Shown here: positions 10,017 to 19,308 of the stretch, piece by piece
How positions within the stretch are numbered: position 1 is the first letter of the stretch
Layout of the letters: each line of letters begins with the position of its first letter
Source: a virus
Lineage: Duplodnaviria; Caudoviricetes
Length of the DNA: 55,955 nucleotides
Direction: 5' to 3' (one strand)
IMG/VR virus record: IMGVR_UViG_3300020055_002530
Span: 1 to 55,955 of that record
Made by a program: the position numbers and the translations under genes
Notes under the pieces: model-generated
Seen by the model: the letters and a program-made list of their open reading frames with translations, nothing else
What the model was told of the DNA's origin: nothing
Database searches by the model: none

Positions 10017-11096
10017 TTATGCTGCCATACGTTTTGACTCTTCAGTTATACTGAAAAGTTGTCCACTTGCTAAATTTTTCATCTTTGCTTCTACCATAAT
10101 GTCTGCCCACTCCCAATGTGACAAAGCCCATTCGTTGCAAGCATTATTCCAACAGTAATCACTGTGTGCTCTTAGTTTTTGTTTTTTATGTCCGGATTCA
10201 AGTAGTATGTCTAAGTTTGGTCGTACACTTGGGTCAGCATCTTGGAGGTTAGATTCACGGCAAAGGCTGTAATGCATAGCAGGACGCTCACCCCGCCAAC
10301 TATCGATAATACGGTATATACGGTCATCATCTGGTTCAATGTATTCTCCTGTTTTCACCCAATGGTGATGTATGTCTAGCACCAAAGCGAGATCGTCTGC
10401 AAGTTCGAGGCTTGCATCGAGTCCCCATGATACCTCGTCATTCTCGATCGTGATTGTATTCCGTGCTTCTGGGGATAGTCTTGGCAGCACGTCTTTGATG
10501 CCTTGCGGACCTTTTCGACCCGATATGTGGACGTTGTTCTTGAAGTCTTGGAACTTCTTGCCGAAGCCCATCCACCGTATGAGAGTGGCGTGATATTCAA
10601 ATTCTTCTATGCTCCTTTCGACGATTTCTGGATTGTCACTTGCAAGTACTGTGAATTGACCGGGGTGCATCGAGAGTCTAACATCCAAGCGTCTGGCTGC
10701 TTCACCGACCATTGCGTAGTGCTTTTCTCCGTACGCCACCACGTCAGGAAGAGACCAAAAATAGCGCCAGCTAGGCTCGGTAGCACAAGGAAGCTGATTG
10801 CTACCCAGTCGGACCATACGAAGTTCTGGAGGAAGGCTTCCCACATACTCTACTAACCTTTTTGCTGCTGCTGCATTATGCACCATGATATCCCATAGTC
10901 GTTGTTCTGCAACATCCTTTGTTTGTCTATTTAGCCATGCAACTGTAGTGCATTTTTCTGTAAGCGGACGTTGTAGTTCTTCTAGCACCTTAGGCTTTTG
11001 ATTCTGATTGTAATGCAGATACTTGCAAGCAAAGCCTATACGCTTTTGCTGAGATTTCAAGAAGTCACCTGCGTTTGTAAATATTAAGTCTTGCAT
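10017..11096 (-). CDS. uvsE: UV damage endonuclease UvsE/UvdE
   Basis: RIGFAC, RLSMHPGQF, ITIENDE, LVLDIHHH, HSDY and IMVEAKMK motifs. Confidence 0.95.
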   Translation of the reverse strand: MQDLIFTNAGDFLKSQQKRIGFACKYLHYNQNQKPKVLEELQRPLTEKCTTVAWLNRQTKDVAEQRLWDIMVHNAAAAKRLVEYVGSLPPELRMVRLGSNQLPCATEPSWRYFWSLPDVVAYGEKHYAMVGEAARRLDVRLSMHPGQFTVLASDNPEIVERSIEEFEYHATLIRWMGFGKKFQDFKNNVHISGRKGPQGIKDVLPRLSPEARNTITIENDEVSWGLDASLELADDLALVLDIHHHWVKTGEYIEPDDDRIYRIIDSWRGERPAMHYSLCRESNLQDADPSVRPNLDILLESGHKKQKLRAHSDYCWNNACNEWALSHWEWADIMVEAKMKNLASGQLFSITEESKRMAA

Positions 11097-11102
11097 AGTT
11101 TC

Positions 11103-11131
11103 ATACTACTTTCTATATGTGTGTTTGTCAA
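11103..11131 (-). promoter_or_regulatory. Sigma70-type promoter for uvsE
   Basis: TTGACA-17 nt-TAGTAT, ending 6 nt before the ATG. Confidence 0.65.
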
Positions 11132-11922
11132 CCCCAATGTTTTTTAACCCAACTATCATTTGCATCTGCAGGATTGGGATCTCCGTGGAACACTGCAATG
11201 CTTGTGTGTCTGTTAATACGTGGTGGAGCATCTATTACAAAATTACGTTTTCTTGTGTGAGTATCTATTTTCAAATCTCGCCTATCACGCATTTCCCATT
11301 TGTAACTCATTATCCATTCATCAGGCCAAAATTTATGATCTTTGATATTTGCAAACATCCAATCTTGGTCTCCTCTATGCCTACCCATTTCTCCTCCAGT
11401 GTTGTTGTAAAACCGTCTCCATTTGTCATCATACTTACCTATTGGTATTCTAAAAACACTGCTGTTCATTCTATCCCAACGTTGTCTAATACTCCTGTTA
11501 AAATCTCGACAAATTACAAATTCACCAGTTTCATACTCAAATAGTTTATCAATATTTTTAAAAATAATAACATCTAGGTCTACAAATAATAGTGTACCTC
11601 TAATAGGCAAATCTCCTCCTAAAAACATCGGTTTATACCACCACCCCTGGGCTTGAAGTTTTGGTAAGCCAAATGTTTGTATATTAGGATCTAATCCTGA
11701 TTTATTTTCAGTGAAACAAACAAACTCGTGATCAATTGTGCAAAATTTTTGTGTTTGTTTATAGAGCTTATTGACATACTCTGCTGAGTATTTGTCTCCC
11801 CATTTTAAGCAAGCAATGTAATTTTTTTTCGTGCTATCTTTAATTAACTTTGCTTGCTTTTCTTTTGCTTTTCGTGCTTTACGTTCTGCTTTAGTTTCAC
11901 CTGGAATTATATTTTTAGGCAT
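11128..11922 (-). CDS. Glycosyltransferase-like protein (GT-A/GT8-like)
   Basis: CLKWGDKY, FVDLDVII (DxD), NSSVF, GDQDW, FHGDPNP; likely start MPKNII at 11922, overlapping the end of queD. Confidence 0.7.
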   Translation of the reverse strand: MPKNIIPGETKAERKARKAKEKQAKLIKDSTKKNYIACLKWGDKYSAEYVNKLYKQTQKFCTIDHEFVCFTENKSGLDPNIQTFGLPKLQAQGWWYKPMFLGGDLPIRGTLLFVDLDVIIFKNIDKLFEYETGEFVICRDFNRSIRQRWDRMNSSVFRIPIGKYDDKWRRFYNNTGGEMGRHRGDQDWMFANIKDHKFWPDEWIMSYKWEMRDRRDLKIDTHTRKRNFVIDAPPRINRHTSIAVFHGDPNPADANDSWVKKHWG

Positions 11923-12364
11923 CGTGTTTATATATTGCGCTGTTTGCTCCGTGTTCTGCACACTCTACTTCAACGCAACTACAACGTCCGTTTGTCATTT
12001 CTTGCACAAGTTCATTTGCTTGTTTCCACGCATGATATGCAAACTTTTCTACACCTACACCATCAAGTACTGTAAGTTCAGCAAGACCTTTTTCTTGTAA
12101 ATCTTCAAATGTTGCCATTTCAGGATCTTCTTTGTCTAATACAACCTTGTGATCAAATGTATCTTCGAGCCAGGCTTTTAGTGGTTTTAGTCCACCAAAA
12201 TCAACTACCCAGTTCTTTTCATCTAATTCGCTTGCTGCAAATGTAAATTTAAATTGCAGACTATATCCGTGTAAAAATCTGCAATGGCTATGTGCTTTAG
12301 GTTGTCTAAAGCAGGCGCTTAGTCCGATGTTGTGCCCATATGTTTTTGTGCTATAGTAACTCAT
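11915..12364 (-). CDS. queD: 6-carboxytetrahydropterin synthase (QueD/PTPS family)
   Basis: HCRFLHGY, WVVDFGGLK, FDHK and VECAEH motifs; AGGAG SD. Confidence 0.9.
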   Translation of the reverse strand: MSYYSTKTYGHNIGLSACFRQPKAHSHCRFLHGYSLQFKFTFAASELDEKNWVVDFGGLKPLKAWLEDTFDHKVVLDKEDPEMATFEDLQEKGLAELTVLDGVGVEKFAYHAWKQANELVQEMTNGRCSCVEVECAEHGANSAIYKHDA

Positions 12365-12430
12365 ATTATACTCCTTGGCTACTGGAGTGTGCGGAATGTT
12401 TATAGTGGGTCGAACACCTAGTCCACTGTA
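12365..12430 (-). ncRNA. Putative structured cis-regulatory 5' leader of queD (preQ1-I-like pseudoknot plus SD-sequestering hairpin)
   Basis: RNA: AGUGG-ACUAGGUGUUCGAC-CCACU-AUAAACAUUCCGCAC-ACUCC-AGUAGCCAA-GGAGU-AUAAU-AUG; lies between a sigma70 promoter and the start codon. Confidence 0.5.
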
Positions 12431-12435
12431 TTATT

Positions 12436-12464
12436 AATATACTACTTATCTTGGAAGTTGTCAA
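12436..12464 (-). promoter_or_regulatory. Sigma70-type promoter for queD
   Basis: TTGACA-17 nt-TATATT. Confidence 0.7.
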
Positions 12465-12747
12465 CAGTTAGTTCTTCTCGAATTGCTCGTAGTTCTTCGG
12501 CTACTTCAATTACACCTTGTTGTGTTCCTGTGAGTGTTTTTACCAACAGGCGTATACTGGTCATAGTCCACCACCACCAAATAACTGCGGTAAAGAAATA
12601 CAATCCGCAAGCAATAAAAAACAGTGTTTGTGCGCTACAAAAATTTAGTAGCCAAGCAACCATTAACAGGCCAGTAAAAAAAATAGGTGCTAGTATGGCA
12701 GCTCTGTTCCACAACAACACCTGTCGTTCAAGTTTCTCTAATGTCAT
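12442..12747 (-). CDS. Two-TM membrane protein with C-terminal coiled coil
   Basis: Two hydrophobic helices; TAAATA at 12752-12757. Confidence 0.65.
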   Translation of the reverse strand: MTLEKLERQVLLWNRAAILAPIFFTGLLMVAWLLNFCSAQTLFFIACGLYFFTAVIWWWWTMTSIRLLVKTLTGTQQGVIEVAEELRAIREELTVDNFQDK

Positions 12748-12754
12748 ATTATAT

Positions 12755-13933
12755 TTATTTTACACATTTTAGAATAATAGTATCAGAATTTAGACGTCCG
12801 TTTAGTTTAATATCTGTTGTTTTAATATCATCCATAAACTTGCGAAGTGCAACCTTACCTGCTTTCTTAAACTCTTTGAGTGTATCAGCAGGTTTGCGTA
12901 GTGTTTTTTGTACACTGGCTTTTTCATCATAAAATTGTAGCCCGGCGCCTTTTACTTGTAGTGTAGCGTGATCTGCTGCAACATATTTTCCAAGTTTACG
13001 AGTTTTTGTATTGTACACCCAAACTTCTTTAGCATCTATAATTTCAAGTGGATTAACACTAACAAGTTGTAGTTTATCATCACGTTCAAGATATTTTAGT
13101 TTTGCAATCAGTTTCTCTTTACTTGGTGCTTTCTTTGCACGAGGCTTACGACTTGCTTTTGCAGCGTCTATAACAACATCACAAGCACCGTGCAGTGTCT
13201 CTAATGCTGTGAGATAATTCTTAGCATCTTGTTTTGTAAGATGCCCGTATGCTTCTCTAAGTTGTAACATCATATCTGCTTCACGTTCATCTTTACAACG
13301 ATTAATTTCACCTGGTGTTGGTAACTTTTGTATTAATCTTGCTTCTTCAAGTTCTCCTGAGTACAAGCCTTTAATTTTTCTTGCGTGAGCCTGACTTACT
13401 TTATATTTTGCAAAATGACTTGTAAAATCAAATCCTTTAGGATCAAAATCTTTCTTGTTTGTAATAAATCCATCTAGCCATTCTTCAATAGCATCACAGG
13501 CTTCGATTGCTTGATCACGAATACGTTCTTGAATGCTAGGAACATATATATTCTTTTTTGATTTTTCTTCTGCTTTCTTTTCTTCTACAACTTTAGCACC
13601 TTCTTCTGCCAAGCCCATTACCCATTTATCAAATTTACCTACATAACAATCTGGAATCAAATGCGGGTGATGTTCTTCACAATAAGCAGCAAGTGCATAA
13701 TGGCTCTTCCCACCAACCTTCCAGTCTGGTAGCTTGTTAATTGCAGCAACAACTTTCTTGTCGTATTTCTTTTTAATATATGTTTTGCAGACATTCAACC
13801 AATCCTTTGATTCAATTTCATAGTGAACAAAGTAATGAGCACCTAGCCAGGTTTTGGTCGGCATAAGTTCCCAAGGACTGCCTCGACGTTTAGCTCGTGC
13901 TGATTTCTTTTTAACCTTGGTTGCTCTTGCCAT
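12755..13933 (-). CDS. Hypothetical basic phage protein (392 aa)
   Basis: Long ORF with AAGGAG SD and own promoter; no motif recognised. Confidence 0.8.
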   Translation of the reverse strand: MARATKVKKKSARAKRRGSPWELMPTKTWLGAHYFVHYEIESKDWLNVCKTYIKKKYDKKVVAAINKLPDWKVGGKSHYALAAYCEEHHPHLIPDCYVGKFDKWVMGLAEEGAKVVEEKKAEEKSKKNIYVPSIQERIRDQAIEACDAIEEWLDGFITNKKDFDPKGFDFTSHFAKYKVSQAHARKIKGLYSGELEEARLIQKLPTPGEINRCKDEREADMMLQLREAYGHLTKQDAKNYLTALETLHGACDVVIDAAKASRKPRAKKAPSKEKLIAKLKYLERDDKLQLVSVNPLEIIDAKEVWVYNTKTRKLGKYVAADHATLQVKGAGLQFYDEKASVQKTLRKPADTLKEFKKAGKVALRKFMDDIKTTDIKLNGRLNSDTIILKCVK

Positions 13934-13952
13934 ACTTTACTCCTTTATTTTA

Positions 13953-13981
13953 ACTATATATGATGGAAGTGTAAAAGTCAA
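13953..13981 (-). promoter_or_regulatory. Sigma70-type promoter
   Basis: TTGACT-17 nt-TATAGT. Confidence 0.65.
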
Positions 13982-14298
13982 GTTAATTTGGGCTTTTTTC
14001 GAACCGTTCCGCTTTTTGTAAAGTACGCTTGTCGCAAACTTTTCAGTCCACCTTCTACACGACTTGGATACTTTCCTAAAAAAGTGCCTGCTTCCAAATC
14101 GCCTTTGGTGATGTATTCTTTGTGGAAGTGTTCAATATCATCCCAACAGGCCAACATTGTTTTGCCCATGTCGTCAAAGAAGCCATCTGAGAAGATAGCA
14201 TCATCTTCTTCGTAGTATGCGTATGATGCCATGAGATACCATGGCACCATCATGTTTATGTTTTTAGCAAATAGTTTTGCTGCGTGATCATCAAGCAT
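13978..14298 (-). CDS. Small protein resembling the N-terminal Ia subdomain of NAD-dependent DNA ligase
   Basis: ASYAYYEEDDAIFSDGFFDD matches the YY..d.p.isD..yD pattern of LigA Ia; no adenylation domain. Confidence 0.5.
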   Translation of the reverse strand: MLDDHAAKLFAKNINMMVPWYLMASYAYYEEDDAIFSDGFFDDMGKTMLACWDDIEHFHKEYITKGDLEAGTFLGKYPSRVEGGLKSLRQAYFTKSGTVRKKPKLT

Positions 14299-14809
14299 TT
14301 TTTAATTCATCCAAGTTTACTGGTTTGTAATCAGTTTGCTCAACACATACACATTTGTATGGACCTTCGGGTGAAGGATTGCTGTGTATGTGTCCATGCA
14401 CGTTAAGAACTTTGCCGTCACCAAATCTATGTGACTCGTCTAATGTACTTGGATGTAAAGGAGTATGACTAAGGATCAAACCGTTCATATCCTTCCATAA
14501 CATTATTTGCTTAAAAAACATTCCCATAAACTTTGGGTTGTCGTGATTACCAAGTATAAGATACTTCTTGCCAGGCAACTTCTTGAAGTTCTCTAACATC
14601 CAGTCTAACTTGTTTTCACCAAACAACACATCACCCAAGTGATAGATAGTGTCTTCTGGCTTAACTGTTTCGTTCCAGTTGTCCATCATGCATTCATCCA
14701 TTTGCTCTACGCTGTCAAACGTTCTAGGCGGTTTGCCTGCATAGTCCTTGAATGTCAAGATTGCTGCGTGTCTAAAATGTGTGTCGCTTATAACCCAAGT
14801 ATTTGCCAT
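14291..14809 (-). CDS. Calcineurin-like metallophosphoesterase
   Basis: SDTHF, HLGD, LGNHD, SHTP and VHGHIH motifs. Confidence 0.9.
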   Translation of the reverse strand: MANTWVISDTHFRHAAILTFKDYAGKPPRTFDSVEQMDECMMDNWNETVKPEDTIYHLGDVLFGENKLDWMLENFKKLPGKKYLILGNHDNPKFMGMFFKQIMLWKDMNGLILSHTPLHPSTLDESHRFGDGKVLNVHGHIHSNPSPEGPYKCVCVEQTDYKPVNLDELKNA

Positions 14810-14827
14810 CTTGCCCTCCTATAGTTT

Positions 14828-14856
14828 GTTATAGCAAATAGTTTTAAGGCTGTCAA
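14828..14856 (-). promoter_or_regulatory. Sigma70-type promoter
   Basis: TTGACA-17 nt-TATAAC, followed by AGGAGG SD. Confidence 0.7.
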
Positions 14857-15671
14857 CCTAAATTATAGTCACGAGCTAATTGTCTTACCCACATCTGATG
14901 TGCTTGATGCAAAGGATGTAAGCCTGGACCTAATGGATGACCTCCTTTTGCCCATTCATAAAATCCTTCTTGTGGAAACTTGTCTACGTAGTAAATTTTG
15001 TACTCATCAATTCTTTCTAGAATATTATCAGTATAAAAATCTCTTTCATAAGGGTCATTTGTATTTTTGTAATAAAAATGGTCTCCAAAACCAAAACATT
15101 GTATACTTTTAATATCGTGTAATTTCAAAAATAAATTAACATATTCAATTTGTGTTAAACTATCAAAAGTATAATTAATAGGATGATTTAGATGGCCATA
15201 CATTGTATTACTCAAAGCAAATAAATTATTTTTTTCCAAAAATGTTTTTCTAGTATTGTTATTTGCAATAGCGCCAGTTGGTGATTTTTTTAAATTTGAT
15301 TTTGTGTCAGTAGGAAGTAAAGTGATAAAATTATTTTCCAAACTGTTTTTATGTATATTTGGATTATATTCTTGTGTTACCCTAATATCTCTACGATACA
15401 TACTAGTCCACATTATACATACAATTATGTTTTTTGCATTGTTAGTCTTTAACAAATCAGTTACATTTTTTACAACACGTCTTGCAATGCTATAATTACT
15501 ACTTCCTGTTGTAGCTCTGCTCATAAACGTGTAATCTTGAAAAAAATTTTTGTGTAATATTGCACTCCAAACAGTGTCGCATTCTTCATACCCTGTATCA
15601 GGATTTATTCTCCAAGAGTTGTGTTCTGCTCCTGCCATTAAACTGCATCCATCACTATATAAAATTTTCAT
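14853..15671 (-). CDS. SGNH/GDSL-hydrolase-like protein
   Basis: N-terminal DGCSLMAG, GSSN, IMWTS and C-terminal HP...AH. Confidence 0.6.
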   Translation of the reverse strand: MKILYSDGCSLMAGAEHNSWRINPDTGYEECDTVWSAILHKNFFQDYTFMSRATTGSSNYSIARRVVKNVTDLLKTNNAKNIIVCIMWTSMYRRDIRVTQEYNPNIHKNSLENNFITLLPTDTKSNLKKSPTGAIANNNTRKTFLEKNNLFALSNTMYGHLNHPINYTFDSLTQIEYVNLFLKLHDIKSIQCFGFGDHFYYKNTNDPYERDFYTDNILERIDEYKIYYVDKFPQEGFYEWAKGGHPLGPGLHPLHQAHQMWVRQLARDYNLG

Positions 15672-16657
15672 TTAAATTTCCTAAAGATTAACAGAGAATC
15701 ATCATTGTTTGTATTTGTAAAAGCAGCCCATTTTACAATTTGCTTTTTGTATTTGGCCTTTAGATATGAATTCATACTTTTTACTTTTACTTCGGCAACA
15801 TTTGGATCAACATCAAAATTAAATTTAAAATATAATTTATCGTTATCTAAAAGTATTTCCCCATCTATATTAAATCTATCAGGAATATAACTAAGTGTTT
15901 TTTCAATGTTTATACCTTTTGTACTTTTAGATTCACACACTCCGTTGTCATAACTCATAATTTTTACTTTTTGTAAATCAACACCTCTATCTTGACAACT
16001 AATCCTAAAATATTCCACTGATTTTAATGTAGGTAAAAACACACAATTAATATCATATTTTTGCACCACGTGAGAAATTTTATCAATTCCTAATTTCATA
16101 TCATTGTATCCCAATGAAAAGTGTGCCTGAACAGGAGTGCATAAAGATGGAAAAAGAAATTTACACAATAAAGGCCTATTAGTGTAACGGGTATGTAAAA
16201 CATTGCCATGAATATTCATTTTCTCAAAATTATTCGTTAATGGCTCGTCAAAAATTAAACTTGTGCCTTTTTGTTTGTATTCATAGTTTTTACTGAATTT
16301 TAAATCAGCCAAATCAAAATAGTTATAATTTTTAATTTGGTGAAATCCAAAAACATCTAGTTCACTATCTGCTAACGTGTGTATAATTAATTCTGGATCT
16401 TTATCCACTATGTTAAAGTCACATTCTATTGCGGCAAAACACACTGCAATAGTGTCTAGGCTGGTTTGATTAAAATGCAATTGTATATTTGCGTTAGGTT
16501 GTAATTTACAATACCCTAAGAAAATATTCTTCCAATGATCAATCCTGTTAAACAGGGTTTGTTTTTTTACGCCTGTTTCTTCCATAAATCCACTGCGGAA
16601 GTTAAATTCATTTGTTTTGTAAAGAAAGTCGTCTCTTATAATATTTCTATTCAACAT
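15668..16657 (-). CDS. Hypothetical protein (possibly degenerate adenylate-forming-enzyme-like)
   Basis: Long ORF coupled to neighbours; only weak resemblance to ANL N-terminal region. Confidence 0.55.
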   Translation of the reverse strand: MLNRNIIRDDFLYKTNEFNFRSGFMEETGVKKQTLFNRIDHWKNIFLGYCKLQPNANIQLHFNQTSLDTIAVCFAAIECDFNIVDKDPELIIHTLADSELDVFGFHQIKNYNYFDLADLKFSKNYEYKQKGTSLIFDEPLTNNFEKMNIHGNVLHTRYTNRPLLCKFLFPSLCTPVQAHFSLGYNDMKLGIDKISHVVQKYDINCVFLPTLKSVEYFRISCQDRGVDLQKVKIMSYDNGVCESKSTKGINIEKTLSYIPDRFNIDGEILLDNDKLYFKFNFDVDPNVAEVKVKSMNSYLKAKYKKQIVKWAAFTNTNNDDSLLIFRKFK

Positions 16658-17375
16658 AATTTAATTTCCTTAGATAACCTTCTAAACGATTTGCCCACGC
16701 TTGATGACCATCAGCTAAAAAATGCCAGCATTCCGTTTTTTCATAACCCCAGTGCATGAGATACTGTATCATCACAAAATCTAAATCAAAAGGTTCTATG
16801 TATTTGTCTAAATTGAGTTTATCTATAATTTTTTTGTTAATGTCTAATCTAGGCATTGGTTCACAAGTATTACTCATCAAATAAGGTATATTATAATTTT
16901 CAAAAGTGCATTGTAATGCATAAGCCCAAGTTGCCCACCTTAAAGATTCTAGTTCTAAGTCTATTAGGTAAGGTGTATAATCTAACATTTTGGATATTCT
17001 TTTATCAGCAAATAAATTTGGGTTTGTACCTACAGTGAATGGTACACTTTTTAAATCAATATAATCGCCAAGTGTTTTATGTGTGAAACTACTGTTTTCA
17101 GTATAACGAAATTCACAACGTAATCTACTAGTCCAATTTACCAAAAACAAATACTCGTTGTTTTTGTCATAATGATTAGTAATATATTCTATTGCACTAC
17201 GTTGTATGTATTGGTTACTGCCTCCTGGTTTGCTTATGTTTACAAGTTGATATCCAAATTTATTTGCAAGCATTGCAGGAAAACCATTCCTAACATTATA
17301 TTCACTACTGCCATTTATACCATCAATCATACTACCGTTTGTATGACTACAACCTAATGCAACTAATATTTTCAT
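16647..17375 (-). CDS. SGNH/GDSL-hydrolase-like protein
   Basis: LGCSHTNG, GGSN, VNWTS and WHFLADGH. Confidence 0.6.
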   Translation of the reverse strand: MKILVALGCSHTNGSMIDGINGSSEYNVRNGFPAMLANKFGYQLVNISKPGGSNQYIQRSAIEYITNHYDKNNEYLFLVNWTSRLRCEFRYTENSSFTHKTLGDYIDLKSVPFTVGTNPNLFADKRISKMLDYTPYLIDLELESLRWATWAYALQCTFENYNIPYLMSNTCEPMPRLDINKKIIDKLNLDKYIEPFDLDFVMIQYLMHWGYEKTECWHFLADGHQAWANRLEGYLRKLNYVE

Positions 17376-17992
17376 AGAACAAAACCTGCTGTAATTTTTT
17401 GTTCTAAAAACTCACTCCATCTTATATGAGCAGATTCATCTAAAGTAGAATACTTTTCTTTTTCTAAAAAGTATTTCATACTAGAATCTTTGTTCAAAGG
17501 ATTGTGGTATTTTCTTGCATTTATTGCTTTTAACACACCTAGTGTTTTATCATTAAACAAAATACAATCTTGTGTATTATACATATAATATTTGATATTG
17601 GCTTTTTTTAAAACTTGTTGTACCAAAAATGCTTCTGTTGCCCAATGTTGAGACAACAATAAATCATTAAAAATTACATCATCAAAATTGTGTAAACTGT
17701 TAATACCATTATCATTGTATTCTCGTAATTCAGGACGATAGGTAAAAATTTTATCTTTCCACCAAACTTCTCTACGCTTAGTGTTTGTCCAACCTATAAG
17801 AAAAAAATTGTTGATATTATCTTCTAGTGAATATTCTATAACTTTTCGGAATATTTGATTATTACAAGTATCAATTTCTGCAACATCGCAAAAATTATAA
17901 CCTAAACTTTCAGCGAGGTATTTTGGTGCAGCATCTCCTTTCACTAACTCGTCGCCAAAACTTATTAGATTCAAAAATAATCTCCTATCCAA
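17372..17992 (-). CDS. Degenerate SGNH-like paralog
   Basis: SFGDEL (no catalytic Ser), IGWTN and ESAH; TTG start. Confidence 0.5.
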   Translation of the reverse strand: MDRRLFLNLISFGDELVKGDAAPKYLAESLGYNFCDVAEIDTCNNQIFRKVIEYSLEDNINNFFLIGWTNTKRREVWWKDKIFTYRPELREYNDNGINSLHNFDDVIFNDLLLSQHWATEAFLVQQVLKKANIKYYMYNTQDCILFNDKTLGVLKAINARKYHNPLNKDSSMKYFLEKEKYSTLDESAHIRWSEFLEQKITAGFVL

Positions 17993-19308
17993 GGTATATA
18001 ATCGTGTATACTAATTTTTCTAAATTTATCGCTGGCATTTGTATTATCAATAAAAACTTGCCAGTCTCCTTCGTCAGGTTCTTGATTAAGAACATTTTTT
18101 AAATTAATAATGTTTTCAACTGCCCACTGTTCCCAATCTGGAAGTTCAGCTGCTTTAAATCTTGCATACTGTTCTTCCAACATGGTATTCATTAAATCTT
18201 TGCGCTCTTGTGGTAAGTTTCTTATATTTAAATATCGAGGTTGTTCTACTATATTAAAGTGAGGTAAGCAATTTTGATATCCAAAATTTCCCCACGCCCA
18301 TGTATAATGCCATTCATCATACTGTTTCTTACACCAGTCTAGCAAGTTAGGCAAGTCGTGCATATTCAACAAGCTCAGTGTGACGTGTGTATGTACAAGA
18401 ACACCTTTACGTGTAGCACTAAACTCTTTTAGTTTTTGTACATTACGTTCTACAATCTTCCACTTGCTAGGATGCCTTACATAGTATGCTAGGTCGCCTA
18501 CAGCATCAATACTAAGGCTAAGTATTACACCACGGAACTTGTCCCAAATGTTTAGCAGTCTGTCTGGTATGGTTGTAGCATTTGTGTTGTAATGTAGCTC
18601 AATGTTTTTGCTCCAACCTTTGTCAATAATGTGTTCAAGCCAAGCATAGTGTTCTTCAACAACTAACGGTTCACCTCCAATAAAGTTTATCACACGTACA
18701 TTGGGCAACACATCATCATAGAAGCCTTCTGCAAATGCACGTACAAACCAAGGATTTTCACTGCTTAGTTTTGCAATATGATATGCAGTTTTATCCCAAT
18801 CAGTGTGCGGAACTGTTGGTCCTTCTTCAATCCATCTATGACTTGCCCAAGGATTGCAACTACGACATTTTAAATTACACACATTACCTAAACTAATATC
18901 CAAGTATGTAATTGCTTCTGGATTAATGCTACCATCTTCATTTAAATTTTTTAATGTTTCGTCAATATGATCTTCGTATATTTCATTCCACGTTTGTCTA
19001 AAACTACGTATTCCTTGCTCTTCAAGTCCGAAACAACCTTTACATCCATCAGGCACATCGTCACTCATAAGCTGTTTACGTACTTTCATTATTTCAGGAT
19101 CGTTTATAAAATCAAACAAATTTTCTGCATTTTTATTCCCGTGATGTTTCCATTCGAAAATATTGTTTATTTGCACACCAGGCATATAAGTATTGGTATT
19201 CATTCTACTAAAGCAACAAGGTCTTGTTCTACCATGACCGTGTGTGCTAAATCCTTGATTTGCAAGATAACAATAATTTTTTGGTAATTTATCTAATTTT
19301 TTCTGCAT
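17971..19308 (-). CDS. Radical SAM protein with N-terminal Twitch/SPASM-like domain
   Basis: CNLKCRSC, GGEP, YNTN and SIDA; N-terminal C..RPCC..CKGC; likely start MQKKLD at 19308. Confidence 0.9.
   Translation of the reverse strand: MQKKLDKLPKNYCYLANQGFSTHGHGRTRPCCFSRMNTNTYMPGVQINNIFEWKHHGNKNAENLFDFINDPEIMKVRKQLMSDDVPDGCKGCFGLEEQGIRSFRQTWNEIYEDHIDETLKNLNEDGSINPEAITYLDISLGNVCNLKCRSCNPWASHRWIEEGPTVPHTDWDKTAYHIAKLSSENPWFVRAFAEGFYDDVLPNVRVINFIGGEPLVVEEHYAWLEHIIDKGWSKNIELHYNTNATTIPDRLLNIWDKFRGVILSLSIDAVGDLAYYVRHPSKWKIVERNVQKLKEFSATRKGVLVHTHVTLSLLNMHDLPNLLDWCKKQYDEWHYTWAWGNFGYQNCLPHFNIVEQPRYLNIRNLPQERKDLMNTMLEEQYARFKAAELPDWEQWAVENIINLKNVLNQEPDEGDWQVFIDNTNASDKFRKISIHDYIPWIGDYF

Noticed and set aside
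10372-11001. Several overlapping alternative ORFs within uvsE
   Set aside because: Explained by locally high GC reducing stop-codon frequency; no motifs
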